This document shows, piece by piece, positions 19,086-26,970 of a stretch of DNA of 38,424 nt. The notes below the pieces were generated by a model that saw only the letters and a program-made list of their open reading frames with translations, was not told where the DNA came from and made no database searches. Each line of letters begins with the position of its first letter. Within the stretch, counting starts at the first letter, position 1. Made by a program: the position numbers and the translations under genes. Origin of the DNA: Candidatus Bipolaricaulota bacterium (GTDB lineage Bacteria; Bipolaricaulota; Bipolaricaulia; M55B111); NCBI GenBank assembly GCA_021735185.1, contig JAIPHN010000003.1, positions 1-38,424 on the forward strand, read 5' to 3'.

Positions 19086-19519
19086 CCGTCTTCCGGGCTT
19101 TCCGGGCCGAGAAATTTCCGACTCGCGTGCTCCAACTGTCCTGTTAACTGCGCTTTACTTATTGAGGGAAATAGGACCCACAAGAACTGGTTATACTTTG
19201 TCATGAAAATATCCCTCCCCGGCACTGAATTGAACATGAGTCCGGTTTACGCCGCCATAGGTCTGACCGGTACAGCAATCCACGTGAAAACGGTTAACGG
19301 ACTATATCTACTTAACCGTTCTCAATTTAGTGCCGGGTCGGTCGGACATATGCGCCGCGTCGCTGGAATTTTCTCGGCCCTCTGCCCTTATCTTGCCACG
19401 CGGAGAAGGTAATCTGGAGGACGGGCTCTAGATCGGATCTTCAGCTTTTCCGGGGCAGTACTTTCTCCATGTGCGCATTGACCTGATTTTGCCAATGGTG
19501 AGTGATAGGCTTTTAGAGC
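19086..19519 (+). ncRNA. Candidate large structured RNA of unrecognised class filling the cobD-cbiB gap
   Basis: Nested long stems 19086-19096/19414-19424, 19104-19119/19365-19380, 19218-19233/19322-19337, 19289-19297/19312-19320 and 19138-19145/19170-19177; pseudoknot 19164-19169/19212-19217; second domain 19425-19432/19512-19519; wobbles are G-U on the + strand. Confidence 0.65.
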
Positions 19520-19608
19520 GGGCTTTTCTTTCTGAAAACAAGAAGGGATAATAAGGTATGGTAATTGGTTATGAGAAAATTCAGGAAACAGAGGGTTGAG
19601 GATCGGCA

Positions 19609-20550
19609 GTGGATTTATTTGAGTTAAGGGTTCCGGCCAGCCTGGTAGTATTGCTTGGAAGTCTCATTCTGGACCTCCTGCTCGGGGAGCCGCCTGAGAT
19701 CTTCCATCCGGTTGTATGGATGGGGCGGATGATTGATTTTCTGAAAGAGAGATTCGATCAGTTTGATAACCGGAGGGTGTCCGGGAGTCTGGTGGCCTTA
19801 ACCATAGCGTTCGGTTCGGGTGGGCTGACCTACCTGCTCTTCGAATTAATCATAGTTGTCTGGAAACCACTGGCGCTATTGGCGGGAATTTACCTGATGA
19901 AGTCGACTATATCAATCAAGAGTCTGCTGGGAGTGGCCCGGAAGGTTGGCGAGAAGATCGAGTCCGATTCCGACCTCGCCCGGGAGGAGCTGTTGGCCCT
20001 CGTCGGTCGTGACCGTTCGGACCTTTCCCGGGCGGAGATGCGGTCCGCCACGATAGAATCGCTCTTCGAAAACCTCGTGGACTCCGTCATTACTCCTTTC
20101 TTTTACTTTTTCCTCGGCTCACTGGTTGATTTTAGGATCGGAGTGACGCTGGCGGTCGCGTATAAAGGTATCAATACAGTTGATTCGATGCTCGGTTATA
20201 GAACTGGGGATCTGCTGGATTTCGGCTTCTTTGGCGCCCGGCTCGACGATCTGTTAAACTGGGTGCCCTCGCGGTTCGCAATCTGGTTTATCGCGCTCGG
20301 GGCGTTCTCGCCCTGGCCCGCTGTAGTAGCTTTTAAGGAGTGGGACGCTACACCGAGCCCTAACAGTGGCTGGCCGATGGCCGCGGCGGCGGGTGCGTTA
20401 AAGGTGAAATTGGTTAAGCAAGATACTTATACTTTAGGTCCGGAATACGATTTGCCCGGTTCCAGCGATCTAAATAAGGCAATAAGCCTTGCAGGCAGAG
20501 CGATAGGTTTCTATATTTTTCTGCTTTTCGCTCTGTTATTTGTGTTTTGA
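19609..20550 (+). CDS. cbiB: Adenosylcobinamide-phosphate synthase
   Basis: DLLLGEPP...HPVVWMG, LVGRD, ESLFENLVDS, YKGINTVDSMLGY, ARLDDLLNWVPSR, SPNSGWPMAA.AGAL. Confidence 0.95.
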   Translation: MDLFELRVPASLVVLLGSLILDLLLGEPPEIFHPVVWMGRMIDFLKERFDQFDNRRVSGSLVALTIAFGSGGLTYLLFELIIVVWKPLALLAGIYLMKSTISIKSLLGVARKVGEKIESDSDLAREELLALVGRDRSDLSRAEMRSATIESLFENLVDSVITPFFYFFLGSLVDFRIGVTLAVAYKGINTVDSMLGYRTGDLLDFGFFGARLDDLLNWVPSRFAIWFIALGAFSPWPAVVAFKEWDATPSPNSGWPMAAAAGALKVKLVKQDTYTLGPEYDLPGSSDLNKAISLAGRAIGFYIFLLFALLFVF

Positions 20551-20659
20551 AATATTTGAATGATTTTCCTTAGTCTCGCAGGGGGCAGGTAGAATAGTTT
20601 AGGCTATTGGGAAAGTCTATACTGACGATAATTGGATAGATAATTGGAGGTAGGAAGTT

Positions 20660-21247
20660 ATGGAGCTTGCTCGGGAGATTTCTCAGTTAAAGGTAAGGAG
20701 CTTGAAGAAACTTAATCGTGTCGAAGAGGACCTCGGTCTATGGGGGATGGTTCTTCTTAGCTTCGGCTTAGCCGGTTTGACCGGCCTTGCCGCGCAGATT
20801 CGAATTCCACTCCCTTTCAGTCCCGTACCGGTTACCGGCCAGGTTTTCGTGGTATTGCTCGTTGGCTTCACGTTCGGGAAAAAGATCGGTCTCGGGAGTC
20901 AGGTCTTTTACGCGGGACTCGGTGGACTTGGACTTCCCTGGTTTACGGGAATGGCCGGAGGGTTCGCGACTTTAGCCGGCCCGACTGGAGGATATATCCT
21001 CGGCTTTATCCCGGCTGCGTACCTAATTGGATGGATTTCACAGGGTCGTGAATTGAAGGAATGGTTACCGACTTTCGGGATAGGTTTAGTCGGATTGAGC
21101 GCGATATATCTTTTCGGAACAGTCCAGCTTTCACTGTTCCTGCAAACAGGTCTTCTGGAGACGATAAAAGTGGGGTTGATTCCGTTTATCTGGATAGATC
21201 TTCTAAAAGTTACTCTGGTTTCGTTGCTCGTCGGTAAATTTCACTAA
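20660..21247 (+). CDS. bioY: BioY-family ECF S-component (biotin-type)
   Basis: AQIRIPLPFSPVPVTGQ, G..GLPWF, GPTGGYILGF; multi-TM. Confidence 0.9.
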   Translation: MELAREISQLKVRSLKKLNRVEEDLGLWGMVLLSFGLAGLTGLAAQIRIPLPFSPVPVTGQVFVVLLVGFTFGKKIGLGSQVFYAGLGGLGLPWFTGMAGGFATLAGPTGGYILGFIPAAYLIGWISQGRELKEWLPTFGIGLVGLSAIYLFGTVQLSLFLQTGLLETIKVGLIPFIWIDLLKVTLVSLLVGKFH

Positions 21248-21283
21248 TTTCCCTGCCAGTATCCTATTCTCCCGGGGGTGAGG

Positions 21284-22621
21284 ATGAAAGGTGTAGTGAT
21301 AGCAGGTACCAGTTCGGGCGTGGGGAAGACGGTAGTGACGCTTGCAATCCTCCGGGCACTTGAGGACCTTGGCGAGGATCCACAGCCGGCCAAAATCGGG
21401 CCGGATTTCATAGACCCCAGCCACCATCAGGCTTTAACCGGTAAACCCTCTAGGAATCTGGATTTATGGCTGGAGGGTGAAAGGGGCGTAATCGAGAATT
21501 ACAATCTCGGCAGGGGAAGTATCTGCGTTGCCGAAGGAGTGATGGGGCTGTACGACGGACGACGTTCCAGCACTGCCAGAGTTGCCGAGGTTCTGGGACT
21601 GCCTGTTGTAATTGTGGTTGACGGGAGTGCCGGGATGGAAAGCGTGGGGGCGACGGCTCTCGGTTTCCGGGAGTATGCCGATTATCAGGGGTTGGATCTG
21701 GAAGTAGCCGGAATCATCGCTCAGCGGACCCGCGGAGGAAAACACGAGAAGGGAATCATTGATGGATTACCGGAGGGACTAGAATACTTTGGCAGGGTCC
21801 CTCCCGTAGAAGAGCTCGAAATTCCGGAAAGGCACCTCGGGCTTTACATGGGGAGTCAGGCCACGCTCTCAAAAAAAGAACTGGATCGGGCGGCCGAAAA
21901 TATTGACCCGGGGGAGCTGGCTGAACTGGCGAGAGAACCGAGCATAGGGGCGGTAAATCAGGACCTCGATCACGGGGGAAGTAAGGATTTAAAGATCGGG
22001 ATGGCTTACGACAGCGCCTTTAATTTCGTTTATCCGGCCACCCGGGAAGTACTGGAGACTGCAAAGCTCGTCCCGTTCTCTCCGCTTGCCGGGGACGAAA
22101 TTCCCGACCTGGATGGGGTCTATCTCCCCGGAGGTTATCCGGAACTTTACCCGAAAGAGCTCGAGGAAAGCTCCACAATCAGGCAGCTGGCGGTAAAGGC
22201 AAGAGAGGGACTGCCCGTCTTCGGGGAATGTGGTGGCATGATGGTTATGACCGATGCAATAACTACAAAAGAAGGGGATAGATACCGTATGGCGGGAATC
22301 TTACCTGCGGAAGTCGAAATGGTTGAGGTGCTTCAGGGGCTGGGATATACAGAACTGGAGGCTAGAACGGATTCACCGATAGAGAAAACGGGCGAAACAC
22401 TCCACGGGCACGAGTTTCACTACTCCCGGATTGAAACGGGGTCTGACTCCAATTACGCCTTTGATGTCGAGAGAGGTAGGGGGATAGATGGCGAGCACGA
22501 GGGTCTGATTGCGTACAATTCTCTGGGAACTTACACGCATTTTCACGGGGAAAGCGGGGCATTCGCTAATTTTTTGGACTTCTTGAAGGGTAAGGTAACC
22601 GAACCCGAAAAGGATAAATAG
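21284..22621 (+). CDS. cbiA: Cobyrinate a,c-diamide synthase
   Basis: [57 protein letters not shown]. Confidence 0.94.
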   Translation: MKGVVIAGTSSGVGKTVVTLAILRALEDLGEDPQPAKIGPDFIDPSHHQALTGKPSRNLDLWLEGERGVIENYNLGRGSICVAEGVMGLYDGRRSSTARVAEVLGLPVVIVVDGSAGMESVGATALGFREYADYQGLDLEVAGIIAQRTRGGKHEKGIIDGLPEGLEYFGRVPPVEELEIPERHLGLYMGSQATLSKKELDRAAENIDPGELAELAREPSIGAVNQDLDHGGSKDLKIGMAYDSAFNFVYPATREVLETAKLVPFSPLAGDEIPDLDGVYLPGGYPELYPKELEESSTIRQLAVKAREGLPVFGECGGMMVMTDAITTKEGDRYRMAGILPAEVEMVEVLQGLGYTELEARTDSPIEKTGETLHGHEFHYSRIETGSDSNYAFDVERGRGIDGEHEGLIAYNSLGTYTHFHGESGAFANFLDFLKGKVTEPEKDK

Positions 22622-22667
22622 CCGAATACCAGGACTCTTCGTCAGAACCAACTATCAGGGAGGGACT

Positions 22668-24155
22668 ATGGCAAAAACGATTCTTGTTGCCGGCACTGCC
22701 AGTCATTCCGGTAAGAGCACGATAGCTGCCGGGTTGGCCCGACTATTTGCGAGGCGGAACAGAGCCGTCGCACCGTTTAAAGCCCAGAACATGAGCAACA
22801 ACGCACGAGCAGTCTCTTCTCCTGCCGGGGGATGGGGCGAGATCGGAGTTTCCCAGTACGTCCAGGCTCGGGCAGCTCGTGTTCGGCCAAATACCGATAT
22901 GAACCCTGTCCTGCTGAAGCCACGGGGGGACGGCGAAAGTCAGCTGGTAATTCAGGGTCAGGCAGTTGGCCACTTTGAGGCGGGAAGTTACTACGATAAC
23001 TGCTGGAAGGATGCCCGGGAGGCAGTGGTTGAGTCGTACGAGAGACTGGCAGATCAGTACGAGGTCATAGTTGCGGAGGGTGCGGGCAGTATAGCTGAGA
23101 TAAACCTCCAGGAAAGGGATCTGGCCAATATAGAGACGGCAAGGATAGCGGATGCGGATATCCTGCTCGTTGTCGATATAGAACGAGGTGGTGCTTTTGC
23201 CAGCATGTACGGAACCGTCGAGCTCTTGCCGGAGGATATAAGAAGCAGGGTGAACGGAGTGATAATAAATAAGTTCCGGGGTGACGAGAGCCTGCTTGAA
23301 CCCGGTATAGAGGAGATCGAACGAAGACTGGATATTCCGATAATAGGTGTAGTTCCTTGCGGGGAAGTTGGTTTGCCGTCCGAGGATAGCGTATCTCTTC
23401 CGCCTGTCGGTGAACGGATGGTATGGGGGGATGAAGACGGTGTGTCGGAGGATAAGACGGTCAAAATTGCCGTACCCAGACTGCCGCGGATGTCCAACTT
23501 TACCGATTTGGAGCCGCTCGCCCGGGAGCCCGGCGTCAGGGTGGTGTTTATCGGCCTGAAAACGGATCCGGGGTTTGCCGATGCGGTTATTATCCCCGGG
23601 ACGAAAAATACTGTGGACGATCTTCTGGCTCTGAAGGGAGACGGGTTTGGTGACAATCTGCGGGAGTTCGACGGTTACGTGGTGGGGATTTGTGGCGGTT
23701 ATCAGATGCTTGGCAAATCCGTGAGGAATGCGGGAATCGAGAGCGTCGATAGCGAGCTAGAAGTGGTTGATGGAATCGGTTTGCTCCCGGTTGAGACGGA
23801 GTTTTCGCGGGAAAAACAGGTAGAGGAGATAACTTTACGGGTCGACGGATTCGGACCTCTATCCGGGGCAAGGGGTGAAGTTACCGGGTACGAGATTCAT
23901 ATGGGAGGCTCGGTTGTAACGGCCGGAAACGTGAATAATCCTCTTGGGGAAGAGAGCGCTGCTACCGAACGCGTCCTGGGAACCTATCTCCACGGCCTGT
24001 TCGAAAACAAAGAACCGAGAGAGAACTTCGTCAGAAATCTTTACGAGTTCGCCGACAGAGAGAGGCCAGCAGGAGATATCTCGGCTAATTCCCCTTACGA
24101 GGAAGTAGCTAACCTGGTTGAAGATAACGTTAAACTCGATGAAGTACTGGGTTAG
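22668..24155 (+). CDS. cbiP: Cobyric acid synthase (CbiP/CobQ)
   Basis: [69 protein letters not shown]. Confidence 0.95.
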   Translation: MAKTILVAGTASHSGKSTIAAGLARLFARRNRAVAPFKAQNMSNNARAVSSPAGGWGEIGVSQYVQARAARVRPNTDMNPVLLKPRGDGESQLVIQGQAVGHFEAGSYYDNCWKDAREAVVESYERLADQYEVIVAEGAGSIAEINLQERDLANIETARIADADILLVVDIERGGAFASMYGTVELLPEDIRSRVNGVIINKFRGDESLLEPGIEEIERRLDIPIIGVVPCGEVGLPSEDSVSLPPVGERMVWGDEDGVSEDKTVKIAVPRLPRMSNFTDLEPLAREPGVRVVFIGLKTDPGFADAVIIPGTKNTVDDLLALKGDGFGDNLREFDGYVVGICGGYQMLGKSVRNAGIESVDSELEVVDGIGLLPVETEFSREKQVEEITLRVDGFGPLSGARGEVTGYEIHMGGSVVTAGNVNNPLGEESAATERVLGTYLHGLFENKEPRENFVRNLYEFADRERPAGDISANSPYEEVANLVEDNVKLDEVLG

Positions 24156-25115
24156 TTAGTTCGGTAGAGTTCTTCCGCTCGGCTTTACTCTTTTCTTGCC
24201 CAGTTTTATCATATTAAATTCATTTCCGGGAACCAGGACCTCCAGCCCCCGGGAGTCAATTTCGGTGATAATTCCCATTCCCTGAAATATCAGATCGTGG
24301 TAGCAGCCTATTAACCTGTATTTCAAGTTTTTTACCGGGTAGACGGTTTTATTTGTCTTTGCGCTATCTTTATGGCTGGAATCTTTATCTATCCGTCGCT
24401 CGGAAAGGAGAGTTAACTTTTCCCCTATTTGCCAGGCTGCCAGGACTTTATCGGAATAATTACTTTTCAATTGTTTGGCCGGAATTCTTTTACCGCGGCC
24501 CAGCCCGGTTCCTCCGACCCGAATTTCTTCCCAGTCTCGTTGTAACCTTTCCAGTCTGTAAAAGTAGCGTTTGAGTTTTTTCTGTCTATTTGCGGCACGT
24601 TCTCCCCGGGATTTTGATCCACTGTGACTGGCATCGAGAGAGATAACCCTCTTCTCGGGCAGGAAAGTGGCAAAATTTTCTAGTTCGTTCTCCTCCTCCA
24701 GCAACAGGAGCTTATCCGGTTTGACCAGACTGATCAATTCCCCTTTGTAGACACGAGCAGCATCCCCTTCTATCCATCCATCCGTATCGATGAGACAGGA
24801 AGTTGGCTTATCCGGGAGTAGCCGGGAAATTCCTGTCATGACCTGAACCAGGTTCCCCCGGGGAGTGAAATCACCGACGAAGTAAGCGTCTTCCATTCCG
24901 TGATCGTAGGTACCGAGAGATATCAGGCCCGGAGGGCCGATCTCGGGCTGTCCCAGATCTCCGTCAAGCACTTTTCCTCTCAGCCGTTCAAATAGTGTTT
25001 TTACAAGCGTGGTCTTACCGGTATCCATCCCGCCGTAAACTAGAACACGATTACAGTTGGAGATCTCTTTGAGAAGCCGGTCAAGATCGAATGAGAATTC
25101 GAGATTACAAGTCAT
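24156..25115 (-). CDS. Clp1/Grc3-family polynucleotide 5'-hydroxyl kinase-like P-loop protein
   Basis: GGMDTGKTT Walker A, DGDLGQPEIGPPG, YFVG..TP, IDTDGW, lid SRGERAANR; its stop abuts the cbiP stop. Confidence 0.85.
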   Translation of the reverse strand: MTCNLEFSFDLDRLLKEISNCNRVLVYGGMDTGKTTLVKTLFERLRGKVLDGDLGQPEIGPPGLISLGTYDHGMEDAYFVGDFTPRGNLVQVMTGISRLLPDKPTSCLIDTDGWIEGDAARVYKGELISLVKPDKLLLLEEENELENFATFLPEKRVISLDASHSGSKSRGERAANRQKKLKRYFYRLERLQRDWEEIRVGGTGLGRGKRIPAKQLKSNYSDKVLAAWQIGEKLTLLSERRIDKDSSHKDSAKTNKTVYPVKNLKYRLIGCYHDLIFQGMGIITEIDSRGLEVLVPGNEFNMIKLGKKRVKPSGRTLPN

Positions 25116-25356
25116 TAAGCCCCACGACAGAATATTATTTTAAAGAGATATGAACAAAGCTGGATGTTTGTTCCCCTCTGGCAGTTATACCTCAAATCAT
25201 TTTTTTATTATGCCATTTACGTAAACGAAGCCTTCTTTCATTGCTAAATAGCTAATATAACTTTTCATTTATCAAAGAGTACTGTATTTTTGGTATACCC
25301 GGTTAAAGTCCACGGCTCTCCCCTGCGAAGGGTTTTTCAGCGAGAGGAAGTATGGC

Positions 25357-25557
25357 TTATTTCTTCCTGAAATAAGTAAAGCGGCCCACCAGTCCGAGGA
25401 TGAAACCCCCGGTAGCAGAGAGAAATATTAGCGCGGCACGAGACATCTTTACCGTGGCGAAAAGCAACCGGGTTGAAACGGTTTCCCGGTTCTGAAAAAT
25501 GATAACGGCAAGGAGAATGACGATGATTGCCGCAACGGCCAGTTTAAATTTTTTCAT
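25357..25557 (-). CDS. Small LapA/DUF1049-like membrane protein
   Basis: TM - FQN.E.V - TM pattern with basic ends; GAGGT SD. Confidence 0.75.
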   Translation of the reverse strand: MKKFKLAVAAIIVILLAVIIFQNRETVSTRLLFATVKMSRAALIFLSATGGFILGLVGRFTYFRKK

Positions 25558-25776
25558 AATTACCTCGTTTTTTGGTATTTGTAGCTTTAAAACCGATTGG
25601 ATTGGATTATAGTTCCCGTTTTACTTTTGTTCAACTGGGGTTACCGAACCGTATCGCAGCTCAATAAACCCGCCCCGGATTCCGTCCCATCATCGTAAGT
25701 TTGATTTAGGCGAATTTGCCATATAGACTTTAATATAAGGCTTAATGGAAATTTTTATAAAGGGAGGTAGTAATTT

Positions 25777-26595
25777 ATGTCAAATTTTTCTAAATTTACG
25801 ATTTATGCGCTTTTGCTGGTTTTGATTGGTGGTTTGCTTTTCGTTGGAATTAGCTATAACGGAAAGATCAACTCCAGGGTTAAGAAAGAAACGGTCGATG
25901 AACTCGAGTCCACGGTCAGCAGTCTTTCTGAAAAACTCGATCAGGTGAAGTCAAATAGAGACGAAGCCGTTTCTTCGCTGGAATCCAGTTTGAATAACAA
26001 GATTGAAGACCTTTCCGCTAATGTGACCGGACTGGAGAAAGAGCTGGAGGAAAAACATAACTCCGTGACGGATCTGGTTGCAGAATGGAAGAGTGCCTAC
26101 GGGGACCTGGAGAAGAAAGTGAACAGTATCGAAAATACCATGGAAAATAGTCTAAGTGACGTGAAAAACACTCAATCGGAGCAGGATAAGGCCCTTGCAT
26201 CCCTGAAAGAAACATTTGAGGAGATGACCGGCGAACTGAACGCGACTGTGAAGGATCTTGAAGATCTCAGTGAACGGGTGGATTCTCTATTTGCCCGGCA
26301 GGAAAAACGGAACGAATCCATTATGGGTCAGCTCGAGGAGTTGAAGGGGGAGCTTGGTAGTCTCAATACTAAGCTTAATTCGCTTGCTTCCGCCGATGAG
26401 GATTTCGCAAATAAGCTTGAAGCGATAAGTGCAGAAATCAGTAACATGAGAACACAGCTTTCGTCCGTCTCCGTAAAACAGATAAATCTGGAGGAGAAAC
26501 TAAGCAAGAACCTGGAAAACCTCAAGAGCGAGATTTCCGGGCTGGAGGAAGAAGTTCAGAGTAATTCTGAAAAGCTGGCCGATATGAGTTCTTAG
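25777..26595 (+). CDS. Membrane-anchored long coiled-coil protein, function unknown
   Basis: One N-terminal TM followed by ~240 aa of heptad L/E/S/K-rich sequence; strong SD GGGAGGT. Confidence 0.8.
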   Translation: MSNFSKFTIYALLLVLIGGLLFVGISYNGKINSRVKKETVDELESTVSSLSEKLDQVKSNRDEAVSSLESSLNNKIEDLSANVTGLEKELEEKHNSVTDLVAEWKSAYGDLEKKVNSIENTMENSLSDVKNTQSEQDKALASLKETFEEMTGELNATVKDLEDLSERVDSLFARQEKRNESIMGQLEELKGELGSLNTKLNSLASADEDFANKLEAISAEISNMRTQLSSVSVKQINLEEKLSKNLENLKSEISGLEEEVQSNSEKLADMSS

Positions 26596-26629
26596 AATCT
26601 AAAAACCGACCGGTGATTCCCGTGAATAA

Positions 26630-26890
26630 CTTCCGGTCTCGAGATCGGAGAATATCTTTTCTTATCCGGGTTGAAGGATCATCGAAGTTTCGAGGATAAG
26701 GTGGTATCAAGAACCCTTTCTTCGGGCGAGTTTACCAGAGCAACCGAGAACCTATCCGGAACTTGCTCCGGAGATGAATTAGATAGTTAACTTAACAGGA
26801 GATACCCAGCAATTAGTTCGTCCTGCTCATTTGAACTTGGGGCAAATACATAGCTAGTTTCGAATTATCTGCTGGGTTACCTGTCTTTTT
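26630..26890 (+). promoter_or_regulatory. Structured leader upstream of mgtE ending in a long interrupted hairpin plus T-tract
   Basis: ACAGG/CCTGT, ACCCAGCA/TGCTGGGT and TAGTTCG/CGAATTA (26795-26884) followed by TTTTT; further hairpins at ~26631-26650 and 26661-26700. Confidence 0.45.
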
Positions 26891-26970
26891 GAAGAAAAAT
26901 TTATAATTTTAAGGGGATGTCTTTGCAGACTCCGTACTTGGTCCGGGGATATTGACTTCTGTCTGAAATC

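Noticed and set aside
19180-19246. ACAAGAACTGGTTAT and AGTCCGG resemble the RNase P P4 strands in permuted order
   Set aside because: The GAGGAA and other conserved regions are absent, so this is too weak to call.
19297-19310. Minus-strand GATATAGTCC resembles a group I intron S element, and ACGGACTATA (19297-19306) is complementary to the tRNA-Leu variable arm (37583-37592)
   Set aside because: No matching R element or core was found, the G-U bias favours the + strand, and a 10-nt match spotted after the fact is compatible with chance.
19203-19412. 69-aa ORF in the cobD-cbiB gap (possible cbiZ or cobC remnant)
   Set aside because: No SD, no recognisable motif, non-acidic composition unlike the real genes; the region is better explained by RNA structure.
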